From Ruminococcaceae bacterium UBA3818 (lineage in GTDB: Bacteria; Bacillota; Clostridia; Oscillospirales; Ruminococcaceae): DNA of 64,000 nt. Shown here piece by piece: positions 28,631-37,524 of this stretch (position 1 is the stretch's first letter; every line of letters starts with the position of its first letter). Position numbers and translations under genes: made by a program. The stretch is taken from assembly GCA_002369315.1 (NCBI GenBank), contig DFDW01000036.1, forward strand, positions 12,928 to 76,927. Reading direction: 5' to 3'. The notes under the pieces were generated by a model. The model was not told the origin of the DNA. It saw only the letters and a program-made list of their open reading frames with translations, and did not search any database.

Positions 28631-30126
28631 GAAAACACCAAAAAGTAGTGGATATTACCAACAGCTATTCGATTTTGGCTTTGGATGACGATCCTACCAT
28701 GACTTTAACGCTGCAAACCTATTTTCAGCGTTCCGGCTATCACGTAGACGTAGAAAACGATCCCTACAAAGCCATTGAGCGGGTGCGAAACGGCCATTAT
28801 GACATTCTGCTCCTGGACTTTTTGATGACACCGATCTGCGGCGACCAGGTCGTGGAACAGATCCGCAGCTTTAATCAGGATTTGTTTATCATTCTGCTTA
28901 CCGGCCATAAAAGCTTGGCGCCGCCGATCAAAACCATCCGCGATCTGGAAATTCAGGGATATTATGAGAAAAGCGACCGGTTCGACCAATTGGAGCTTCT
29001 GGTGGAGTCCTGCATCAAATCGATCAAGCAGATGCGCACCATCCAAAACTATCAGAAAGGCCTGACGAAAATCACAGAGGACATGCCGCGGATTTACGGC
29101 CTGCGGGAGCGGAAAGAAATTGCGGATAAGCTGCTGCAGACGGCAAAAGATTTGATGGATGGCCAAAGCGTTTATTTGGCGCTTCGGCGGGAAAGCCTTT
29201 TGGACAAATCGGCAGTGGAACCGGACGAACCTTACTTTCTCCGCTCGATGGGAGAGGCGCCTTCTTTGGAAGAGGTAATACAGCTTTCAGAGCGGGTACT
29301 ACGGCAGGAAGCGGTTCAGGAAGATGGGGACTGGGTCGTCGCGCCGATTGTCAATGAAAAAGAGATCGTCGGCTCTCTGGGCGTTCGAATCGAAGGTGCT
29401 CCCCAGTATTACCAGCGCCAATTGTTGGGCATTTTCGCAAGGCAGGCCTCGTCCGCTATCTGGAACGGGATGCTGCAGCGGCTTTTGATTGAGAAAAATG
29501 AAGAACTGGTTAAAGCCAACAACATTCTGCGGGAGAACTACACCCAGATCATCAGCGCCATGCGCCTGCTGGTGGATACAAAAGACATTTATACCCGCGG
29601 CCATTCCGACCGGGTGGCCTATTATGCGGTACGCATTGCCCGTGAAATGGGGAAAGATCAAGCTTTCTGCGAACAGCTGCATGTGGCGGGATTATTCCAT
29701 GACATCGGAAAAATCGGTGTGCCGGACAACATTCTGCTGAAGGATGGGAGACTGACCGAAGAGGAATACGCCAAAATCAAAGAGCACCCGGCCGCCGGCG
29801 CGAAGATCCTTTCTTCGCTGACCCGGTTTCAGCCGATCGTACCCATTATTCGCGCCCATCATGAAAGGATAGACGGAAAAGGTTATCCCGATGGACTCCG
29901 CGGAGCACAGATCCCGCTGGAGGCGAGGATCATCGCGGTAGCGGATTCTTACGACGCAATGACTTCCAACCGGCGTTACCGGTCCAGCCTGGGCGAGGAA
30001 AAAGCCGTCAAAGAGTTGATTGCCGGCAAGGGCAGCCAGTTCGACGGAGAGCTTGTGGATTGGTTCTTGCGGGTTTTGCAGGATAAAGAGACATTGAAAA
30101 AAGATTTGGCTGGTCTGGAAGACTAG
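28627..30126 (+). CDS. Response regulator with receiver, GAF-like linker and HD-GYP (c-di-GMP phosphodiesterase type) output domain
   Basis: REC: LALDDD...ILLLDFLM...LTGHK. HD-GYP: HSDRVAYYA...HDIGKIGVP...EHPAAG...HHERIDGKGYPDGL. Its start overlaps the kinase stop (ATGA). Confidence 0.85.
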   Translation: MRKHQKVVDITNSYSILALDDDPTMTLTLQTYFQRSGYHVDVENDPYKAIERVRNGHYDILLLDFLMTPICGDQVVEQIRSFNQDLFIILLTGHKSLAPPIKTIRDLEIQGYYEKSDRFDQLELLVESCIKSIKQMRTIQNYQKGLTKITEDMPRIYGLRERKEIADKLLQTAKDLMDGQSVYLALRRESLLDKSAVEPDEPYFLRSMGEAPSLEEVIQLSERVLRQEAVQEDGDWVVAPIVNEKEIVGSLGVRIEGAPQYYQRQLLGIFARQASSAIWNGMLQRLLIEKNEELVKANNILRENYTQIISAMRLLVDTKDIYTRGHSDRVAYYAVRIAREMGKDQAFCEQLHVAGLFHDIGKIGVPDNILLKDGRLTEEEYAKIKEHPAAGAKILSSLTRFQPIVPIIRAHHERIDGKGYPDGLRGAQIPLEARIIAVADSYDAMTSNRRYRSSLGEEKAVKELIAGKGSQFDGELVDWFLRVLQDKETLKKDLAGLED

Positions 30127-30184
30127 ATACGGGCTGCTTTTAGCGGACAAAGACCGGAGTTCTTGAAATACAGGAGGAGCAAAT

Positions 30185-31843
30185 ATGAAAAGAGTCCCGT
30201 TGAACAAGGCTGATTATTACGAAACGTTCCCTTCCTATCTGGATGGGATTTCCCGCAAATTCGGGGAGAAACCGGCCATTACTTATTTTACCAGAGCGAA
30301 AGAGCCGGTTACCGCCAGTTATGCGCAGGTGACGCAGCAGGCGCTTTGCGCGGCTCATGCGCTGAAGGCGCGGGGATATGCCGGAAAGCATCTGGCTATT
30401 GTGGCAGAGAACTGCTATGATTGGCTGGTGGCATATTTGGCGATTGCCAGCGCCGGCGCGGCGGCAGTCTGTATCGATGTGGAACAGTCGGATGAGAATA
30501 TTCGCCAAATGATTTCGCAGGCAGACGCCGTGGGTGTGTTTGCTTCCGATACCTATCTGCCGATCTGCCGGCAAACGGAGGAAGAAGCCGCTGCGTGGGA
30601 TTTGTTTTTGCTGGGCGAATCTTCCAAGGAACAGGTGAGCATTCAGGATTTATGCCGTGAGGGGCAGCCTCTGATGGAGCAGAAAGAGAATCGGATTGAC
30701 GGTTTGGCCTGTGACCCTGCGGCAACGGCATCCATTGTTTATACATCGGGTACCACAAGCCTATCCAAACCGGTTATGCTCAGCCATCGGGCGATTTTGT
30801 ATAACGCAGGCGACGCGATTCGGGATGTAGACGCCGGTCCGCGGGTGTTTTCGTCTTTGCCTTTTTACCATTCTTACGGGATGACCGGCGCGGTATTGGA
30901 TACGCTGGTGCGCGGTGCGGAACTTTGCATTAACGGGGATTTAAAAACCATGATGCGGGACTTGTATCTGTCCCAGCCGGACTCTATGATCACCGTTCCG
31001 CTGGTCGTGGAAATGTTGTATAAACAGTTGTGGCTCAGCGCGGAAAAAGAGGGAAAGGCCAAGCAATTGCGAAGCCTTTTAAAGATGTGCAGAATTTTGA
31101 AAAAACTGCATTTGCCGTGGGAAAATAAAACGTTGTCCGATATCCGGCAAAAGATGGTGGGCAGCCTGCATGTCATTGTCAGCGGCGGCGCCCATCTGGA
31201 GAAAAAAATCTGTGAGGATTTTGAGTTATTTGGCATCCAGATCCTGCAAGGATATGGGATCACCGAATGTGCGCCGATGGTATCTACCAACGGCAACAAA
31301 TACTGTAAAATGGGCTCGGTAGGCCTGGTGCTGGATCACTATCAGGTTAAAATCGTAGAAGACGAGATCTGGGTAAAGGGAACGTCTTTGATGAATGGGT
31401 ATTATAAACAGCCCCAGCAGACAAAAGAGGTCATGACCGAAGACGGATGGTTTAAAACCGGAGACTTGGGGTATCTGGACAAGGATGGATTTTTGTATAT
31501 CACCGGGCGGAAAAAGAATCTGATCGTCTTTAAAAACGGGAAGAAGGTTTCGCCGGAAAAGCTGGAAGAACAGCTTCTGAAAATCCCGATGGTGAAAGAG
31601 GTCATGGTGTATGGCGCGGCCAATGGCTCTTCCGCCGATACGGTAGTGGTGGCCGCCAGCATCTATCCGGATCCGGAATTGTCCAAAGGTATGTCTTCCT
31701 ACGAAATTTTAGAGCATCTGCAATCGAAAATCGACCAATTGAATGCAACGCTTCCTTTGTTCCAGCAGATTCAGATGATTACGATTCGGGACCAGGAATT
31801 TACAAAAACAGCGTCGAAAAAAATTAAGCGGCATACGGTTTGA
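30185..31843 (+). CDS. AMP-dependent acyl ligase (fatty acyl-AMP / acyl-CoA ligase family)
   Basis: IVYTSGTTSLSKPVMLSH, QGYGITE, WFKTGDLGYLDKDGFLYITGRKKNLI, C-terminal KIKR. Confidence 0.85.
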   Translation: MKRVPLNKADYYETFPSYLDGISRKFGEKPAITYFTRAKEPVTASYAQVTQQALCAAHALKARGYAGKHLAIVAENCYDWLVAYLAIASAGAAAVCIDVEQSDENIRQMISQADAVGVFASDTYLPICRQTEEEAAAWDLFLLGESSKEQVSIQDLCREGQPLMEQKENRIDGLACDPAATASIVYTSGTTSLSKPVMLSHRAILYNAGDAIRDVDAGPRVFSSLPFYHSYGMTGAVLDTLVRGAELCINGDLKTMMRDLYLSQPDSMITVPLVVEMLYKQLWLSAEKEGKAKQLRSLLKMCRILKKLHLPWENKTLSDIRQKMVGSLHVIVSGGAHLEKKICEDFELFGIQILQGYGITECAPMVSTNGNKYCKMGSVGLVLDHYQVKIVEDEIWVKGTSLMNGYYKQPQQTKEVMTEDGWFKTGDLGYLDKDGFLYITGRKKNLIVFKNGKKVSPEKLEEQLLKIPMVKEVMVYGAANGSSADTVVVAASIYPDPELSKGMSSYEILEHLQSKIDQLNATLPLFQQIQMITIRDQEFTKTASKKIKRHTV

Positions 31844-31984
31844 GTTGGGAGTTCCGCTGCAACAGTGATAGAAAGTGTGCCGGGTGTTGCGGACAGGGAC
31901 TTGCATATTTTGGAAATTTATAGTATAATTTGCGATATGGAATAATCAGGAAATTTGTTGTCGCAAAAGGAGTAAAAAAGCAGT

Positions 31985-32212
31985 ATGTTGGAAATTATCC
32001 AGAAAATCATTTTTGAGGTTACCGGAAAAAGCGAAGTTACGATCGATACCGATTTTGTGCGTGACTTGGAGCTGAACTCTTTTGACGTGATGAATATCGT
32101 GTGTGCTTTTGAAGAATATTTCCAGACGACCATCCCAACCCGCGATGTGTGGAAGCTGCATCAGGTTCGGGATGTCATTGAATACGCGAGAGAACGCGGC
32201 TTGGAGGAATAG
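31985..32212 (+). CDS. Free-standing acyl carrier protein
   Basis: 75-aa acidic protein with a DLELNSFDVMNIV phosphopantetheine-attachment serine context. Confidence 0.8.
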   Translation: MLEIIQKIIFEVTGKSEVTIDTDFVRDLELNSFDVMNIVCAFEEYFQTTIPTRDVWKLHQVRDVIEYARERGLEE

Positions 32213-32216
32213 CCGG

Positions 32217-32765
32217 GTGGCGGAGGTTACGATTTACTGGTACGGCCCGAAACGCCCTTCCTCCCGTCAGTGTTTGGTTCGATGCGCCGCTTTGTTCAGC
32301 GGGGAATCGCCGGAAGGGGCGGAAGCATCCTGGCCAGTGGAGCGGGAGGAACGGGGAAAACCCTTTTTTCCCAACCATCCGCAGGTACACTGTTCGGTTA
32401 CTCACAGCGGCGATTATTGGCTCGGCGCCTTTTGTACCCAGCAGGTGGGAATCGACCTGCAGATCCACAAGCCGGGGCGCCTGGCGGCGTTGTCGCATCG
32501 CTTTTTCCATCCGGAAGAAGACCGCTATCTGCAAAGGGCCGGTTTTGCGGATTTTTACCGGGTCTGGGCGGCGAAAGAGAGTTTTGTCAAGTTTTCTGGA
32601 GAGGGAATCGGCGGGAACTTCGGGCGATTTTCCGTTGCAGGGCAGCAGGGGCTTTTGCCGGAGGTAGATGGGCTGCAGCTCCGATTTGTTCCGTTCCGCT
32701 GCGATTATACGCTGTGCGTGTGCGCGCGGGAAATTTCTTCGGTTTTGCTTTTGCCGGGAAAATGA
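32217..32765 (+). CDS. Sfp-type 4'-phosphopantetheinyl transferase
   Basis: VTHSGDYWLGAF...VGIDLQ and WAAKESFVKFSGEGI motifs. GTG start 4 nt after the ACP stop, behind GGAGGA. Confidence 0.8.
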   Translation: MAEVTIYWYGPKRPSSRQCLVRCAALFSGESPEGAEASWPVEREERGKPFFPNHPQVHCSVTHSGDYWLGAFCTQQVGIDLQIHKPGRLAALSHRFFHPEEDRYLQRAGFADFYRVWAAKESFVKFSGEGIGGNFGRFSVAGQQGLLPEVDGLQLRFVPFRCDYTLCVCAREISSVLLLPGK

Positions 32766-32843
32766 TTCACAATCACAATATCGTTTAACCGCTTACAACG
32801 TGTGAGCGGAATAACAGATTAAGATGTGAGAATAAAAAATGAG

Positions 32844-32875
32844 AAAACCCCGCGTGAATATTCACGCGGGGTTTT
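32844..32875. terminator. Bidirectional terminator closing the NRPS operon
   Basis: AAAACCCCGCGTGAA ta TTCACGCGGGGTTTT. This is the first strong hairpin after 19.1 kb. Confidence 0.85.
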
Positions 32876-32900
32876 CTGACAATGAATCGGGAATAGGATA

Positions 32901-33428
32901 TTATTTCTTTGGTTCAATGATGATCATTTCATCATCTTCGCCCAAAAAGTTGAGCGGTTCTTCGCCGGTGATTGGATTTACCGCAACAGCATATTCTTTC
33001 ATTTCTTCGACGGACATAACATAATAAGCATACTGCTTTGCAGCCGTGTCATAAACACCGAGCAAAATGGATTGACCATCTTGAAAAGCGGATGTGATCG
33101 CCTGTGTCTCTTTATTTTTTATAATGGGTAAATCCATTTGCGTCAGCGTATTGTCCGCGGGATGAAACAAAAAGGACTCTGCTCTTCCACTGTAAATAAA
33201 AATATCGTCAGTTGGCAGATGCTCTGTGAAATTAGCCGGGAAAAGGGCATCTCCATTGCCTTTCGCGACAAGCTGCAGGGAATCTTCCGATAGCTTATAG
33301 ATGTTTAATTCCACCCAATCTGTAATCAAAAGATAATCACCGATTACGTGGATCTGTCCGATTTTAAAGTCATTCATATCTTCTTGCATCTCAGACATAT
33401 CAACACAGCCGATTGACGTGCCATCCAA
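32901..33428 (-). CDS. Hypothetical protein; 5' end unclear
   Basis: 175-aa ORF downstream of the LytTR regulator. The only good RBS (AAGGAGGAG at ~33460) feeds a TTG in a different frame that stops after 16 codons, so there is either a frameshift or an internal ATG start. Confidence 0.4.
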   Translation of the reverse strand: MDGTSIGCVDMSEMQEDMNDFKIGQIHVIGDYLLITDWVELNIYKLSEDSLQLVAKGNGDALFPANFTEHLPTDDIFIYSGRAESFLFHPADNTLTQMDLPIIKNKETQAITSAFQDGQSILLGVYDTAAKQYAYYVMSVEEMKEYAVAVNPITGEEPLNFLGEDDEMIIIEPKK

Positions 33429-33514
33429 ATGATAGGTTCTTAGTTCCCAATGCTCCTCCTTTATGAATTTTTGTCAAAATCACTAAGACTGATGAATGAC
33501 GAAAACAGACGCCG

Positions 33515-34213
33515 CTATTGTGCTTGCGTGATCGCTTGCTTGAGCCCGTCGTAAGCGCCGCGGGCAAGCGGAATCTGCTGCCCGTTATCCAACAGTACAG
33601 CAGTCCGGGACAACTGCCCGATATGCTCCAACGATACGATATAAGACCGATGGCACCGGTAAAAACCTCCGTCCAACAGCTCTTCCAGATCCGACATCCG
33701 CATCCTCATTGATTCCTCTCCGTGGGACAAATGCAGACGAACGTTGTGGGAACAAGCTTCCGCATATAAAATATCCGCCGTTGGAATCCGAACCGGCCGG
33801 CCGTTCAGCGGCAGAAGCACAGCCTTGGGTGTTCGATGCAAATTCAAGGCAGCCCGGTCCAATAACTGGAACAACTTGATATCCTGAATCGGCCGGATCA
33901 GGTAGTACAATGCGCCCACGCCGTCCCCCGCATCGGTGGGACCGGGCCGGTCAGCGCACAGGATAATTTGCACCTGGCGGTTATTTTCCCGAATTTTTCG
34001 GACTAGTTCTATATTATTTGTTCGGGCCAAGCGGATATCCAGCAGAAGGATATCTCCAAAAGGATGTTCCGCGCAGGAAGAGAGAAAGTTTTCTACGTTG
34101 GGATAGGATAGAACCTGAACCGAGAGCGCGCGCTGATCCGCCCATAGCTGTATCAATTTTGCCAAAAGGGTCGTTTGGGCCGGTTCTTTCGCACAAATGA
34201 TAACGGACAGCAT
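33515..34213 (-). CDS. LytTR-family response regulator with no kinase gene adjacent
   Basis: REC (ILLLDIRL...) plus LytTR domain (ILYAEACSHNVRLHL...FYRCHRSYIVSLEHI). ATG at 34213 behind AAAGGAGG. Confidence 0.8.
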   Translation of the reverse strand: MLSVIICAKEPAQTTLLAKLIQLWADQRALSVQVLSYPNVENFLSSCAEHPFGDILLLDIRLARTNNIELVRKIRENNRQVQIILCADRPGPTDAGDGVGALYYLIRPIQDIKLFQLLDRAALNLHRTPKAVLLPLNGRPVRIPTADILYAEACSHNVRLHLSHGEESMRMRMSDLEELLDGGFYRCHRSYIVSLEHIGQLSRTAVLLDNGQQIPLARGAYDGLKQAITQAQ

Positions 34214-34534
34214 GCGCAACCTCCTTTACTTTTTCCATTTTTTGTATTATAGCATAGGATTTTGAAAAATATGTGAAGAAAACCAAACAGATTGGTATCG
34301 AAATAGAAAATTTATTAAAATTTAAATTTTGCGAAGAAATGTTTGAAAAATAATTTGTCGAATATGATTCTATTATATATAAATTTACAGATATTGTATA
34401 TCCATAGAATAAATAAAGATATTATGGGAAATTTATAGACTATTTTTTGAATCTGTGTAATAAGCGGTGGAAAGAGTATGATGGTTTTTGTGTGTCGCTT
34501 TTATGATTACCAATGGGGGGATAGGATGCTTTCC

Positions 34535-35341
34535 CTAACCTTCTATCCGGATTTGCAGTTCGGTAACGAATTCTTCCTCTTTCCCGGTGTAGCGGTTGTC
34601 GATGTGATACAGTTCCAGCAGATCTCCCGCCGCACACAGCTTTTGGGCGTTGATTTCACAAAGCAGCCGCTGCGCATACGATGGTGCGGCGCGATAGCTT
34701 CCGGTGTAAACCAGGCAGGCATATTTCCCGCCGGGAAGCAGAAGATCGTATTCTTTCGCGTTTGGCTCCAACAGGAAAAAAACCGAATGGTAATGCCCAA
34801 ACCGGCCGGCGCGCACCTCATCCAGACGCATCCCGGCACCGATTGCCTGCCCGCCCAGATCCCGGATGGTATCCGCATGGCGGTTGTGCAGCTTTTTGAT
34901 GGCAAAATCCACCTCTTCGTCCCGGGAGATGTCCGTGTTGAACAGCAGACAGGGCCGGTCGGCGATGGAGCGGATGGTTATTTGCCCACCAGGCAGGGCG
35001 GCATATTGTTTCAGATGTTTTTGCCGTTCGGAAATGGCCCTGTCGATCTGGCGCAGCTGCCGGAGCCTTTGCCGGATCAGCTGCTGCTCCTCCGAGAGAA
35101 GGGATTGGGTATTCTTGATATTCAAATCGTCCAGATAAGCGCTGATCCGATCGGTGGAAAACCCCAGCTGCCGCAGATCCCGGATGATCGTCAGCCGGTA
35201 AATATCCTGCAGGCTGTAAAGCCGGTAACCGTTTTCACCGCGGCGAGGCCGTATCAGACCAAGCCGTTCGTAATAGCGGAGCGTATCGGTGCCGACGCCG
35301 TACAGCTGTGCCAACTCCTTGATCCTGTATTCGTTTTTCAT
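34535..35341 (-). CDS. MerR-family transcriptional regulator with GyrI-like effector-binding domain
   Basis: MKNEYRIKELAQLYGVGTDTLRYYERLGLIRPRRGENGYRLYSLQDIYRLTIIRDLRQLGF, a coiled coil, and a ~150-aa C-terminal domain. Confidence 0.85.
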   Translation of the reverse strand: MKNEYRIKELAQLYGVGTDTLRYYERLGLIRPRRGENGYRLYSLQDIYRLTIIRDLRQLGFSTDRISAYLDDLNIKNTQSLLSEEQQLIRQRLRQLRQIDRAISERQKHLKQYAALPGGQITIRSIADRPCLLFNTDISRDEEVDFAIKKLHNRHADTIRDLGGQAIGAGMRLDEVRAGRFGHYHSVFFLLEPNAKEYDLLLPGGKYACLVYTGSYRAAPSYAQRLLCEINAQKLCAAGDLLELYHIDNRYTGKEEEFVTELQIRIEG

Positions 35342-35409
35342 TGCATCCTCCATATTGAAAAATCTTTCCGGCGCATAAAAACGGTAAAAGTACCGGTCCA
35401 CAAAGGCTC

Positions 35410-35440
35410 TTGACATTCGTATTATACCAACCTTTATACT
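35410..35440 (+). promoter_or_regulatory. MerR-type promoter with 19-bp spacer driving the divergent YitT-like gene
   Basis: TTGACA, 19 bp spacer (ttcgtattataccaacctt, containing GTAT-t-ATAC), TATACT. Confidence 0.55.
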
Positions 35441-35504
35441 AAATGTCATGGGGCAAGCCCCCGATTTTATTTTGCACAAGGCAGGACAAGGAGCATTTCA
35501 AAAA

Positions 35505-36191
35505 ATGAGTTTTCGCAATCGAATAAAACACTGGGCTGAACAAATGCAGACCTGGCTTCCGCCCAAGCGACTGGCATTGTTTTTATTGGGAACAGCGGTC
35601 CTTTCGTTCGGCATGTACAACATCCACCGGAGGGTGGGCATCACCGAAGGAGGGGTTCTGGGCATGGTGCTTTTGCTGGATCATCAGCTTTCGCTCCCTC
35701 CCTGGCTGATGACGCCCGTTTTGGATATCACCTGCTACCTGTTGGGACTGCGTTTTTTGGGCTGGGATTTTATCAAGCTCTCGGCGGTCTCCTCCTTGGG
35801 AATGTCCGCCTTTTTCCGGCTTTGGGAGCAGTTCCCGCCGGTTTTGCCGGATCTTTCGGCTCATCCGCTGGCGGCGGCTTTACTGGGCGGCGCTTTTGTA
35901 GGGGTCGGCGTGGGGCTGGTGGTCCGCCAGGGTGGCTCCAGCGGCGGCGACGACGCGCTGGCGCTGGTGATCTCCAAATTGAGCCGGTGCCGGTTATCAA
36001 GGGCTTATTTGGTGACCGACCTGTCGGTGCTGTTGCTTTCCCTGAGCTATATCCCGTTCCGGCGCATCGTTTACTCGCTGGTGACAGTAACGGTTTCTTC
36101 TTTGCTGATTGACTGGATTCAAGATCTGGGCAGCAAAAAGGAGCAGGAGGCGGCGGCCGGCGATGCCGGTGGAAAACCGTTTGCCTTTTAA
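35505..36191 (+). CDS. YitT/YczE-like integral membrane protein
   Basis: LLGTAVLSFGMYNIHRRVGITEGGVLGMVLLL...GGSSGGDDALALVISK, typical of the family. Confidence 0.7.
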   Translation: MSFRNRIKHWAEQMQTWLPPKRLALFLLGTAVLSFGMYNIHRRVGITEGGVLGMVLLLDHQLSLPPWLMTPVLDITCYLLGLRFLGWDFIKLSAVSSLGMSAFFRLWEQFPPVLPDLSAHPLAAALLGGAFVGVGVGLVVRQGGSSGGDDALALVISKLSRCRLSRAYLVTDLSVLLLSLSYIPFRRIVYSLVTVTVSSLLIDWIQDLGSKKEQEAAAGDAGGKPFAF

Positions 36192-36331
36192 GCTGAAAAA
36201 GCGAAGAGAGATCGAAAAAGAAACGGTTTTAATAAAAGGAAAATTTTTTTATAAAAGGGCGCAGAGAAAAAACGGATTGATCTTGTAGAAATTTGCAGTT
36301 GGCAAAGATTTGATCGAAATTTTCTTCTCTT

Positions 36332-36362
36332 TTCGACATCCAGACAGGAAAGAAATGTCGAA
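36332..36362. promoter_or_regulatory. Two perfect Spo0A boxes (TGTCGAA) in inverted orientation upstream of spo0A
   Basis: TTCGACA at 36332-36338 and TGTCGAA at 36356-36362, ~180 nt before the spo0A ATG. Confidence 0.6.
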
Positions 36363-36537
36363 ATGGTGCAAAAGAGTTCGGAAATAGCCAAAATGCGGCA
36401 TCAAAGCGGAAAAAATAGCGCACAAACTTCTGCGAGAAAGTTCATGCAGTCCATTCATTGCCAGATGAGGGAAAAACATGATAGTATTTTGGTAGACAAA
36501 ATGTTGCGGGAAAAACGCTTTTGGAGGAATCATCGAC

Positions 36538-37323
36538 ATGGAAGCAACTACAAGAAAGGTCATAATTGCAGATGAAAGCCGGGAATTTGCCGTTCCTTGT
36601 GCCAGATTGCTGAAAAGCTTTGGCGTAGAAGCAGTATTGGTGCCGAAAGACGGAGAAGCACTGTATGAGGCGATCGTCGCGCAAAAGCCACAAGCCGTTT
36701 TGTGCGACGTGTTTATGCCGCACAGCGATGCCATCGGCGTGATGAAAAGAGTGCGGGAAGAGGAAAATCTGCCGCAGCCTCAGTTTATGGTCCTGTCCGG
36801 CTTTGACAATGTTCTGCTTCAGAACGAGGTCATGCAGTCCGGGGCACGGTACTATTTTCTGAAGCCTTTTGATCCGGAAGTACTGGCGGAACGGATTGTT
36901 CAGCTGATGGGCAGCGATGAGCAGCGGGGTGGAAAGAATGTGAAGACAGTATCTTTTGGAACTGGCGGGCAGGATATGGAGCTGATGGTAACAGAGATGA
37001 TCCACCAAATCGGTGTGCCAGCCCATATCAAAGGTTATCATTATTTGCGGGAAGCCATTTTACTGTCGGTGGAAGACCCGGAGGTAATGAATGCGGTGAC
37101 AAAGGTGCTGTATCCGACAGTGGCCAAAAAATTCGCGACAACGCCCTCCCGCGTAGAGCGGGCCATCCGCCATGCCATTGAGGTAGCGTGGGATCGGGGC
37201 GATGTGGATACACTGAACGCTTATTTTGGGTATACGATTCACAATTCCCGCGGCAAACCCACCAATTCGGAATTCATCGCCATGCTCAGCGACAAACTCC
37301 GATTGACGATCAAGGTGTCGTAA
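36538..37323 (+). CDS. spo0A: Sporulation master regulator Spo0A
   Basis: Receiver domain plus the Spo0A-specific C-terminus: [20 protein letters not shown]...[34 protein letters not shown]...[11 protein letters not shown]. Confidence 0.95.
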   Translation: MEATTRKVIIADESREFAVPCARLLKSFGVEAVLVPKDGEALYEAIVAQKPQAVLCDVFMPHSDAIGVMKRVREEENLPQPQFMVLSGFDNVLLQNEVMQSGARYYFLKPFDPEVLAERIVQLMGSDEQRGGKNVKTVSFGTGGQDMELMVTEMIHQIGVPAHIKGYHYLREAILLSVEDPEVMNAVTKVLYPTVAKKFATTPSRVERAIRHAIEVAWDRGDVDTLNAYFGYTIHNSRGKPTNSEFIAMLSDKLRLTIKVS

Positions 37324-37524
37324 AAAGCGCTGAAGCACCGTCCGCTTTCCTTTTCCCGACATCAGAACCATAACGGTTTCAGTCGGAATAGTCCCCCACA
37401 GGCGCGCGGCGCTTGTAAAGCAGAAAATCCCCGCATGGCTCTATTGCCCATACGGGGATTTTTACCGCTTTAGATTGCATCGGACAGGTGGATTTGATAC
37501 AATCAAAAAAAAGGGGGAACAACA

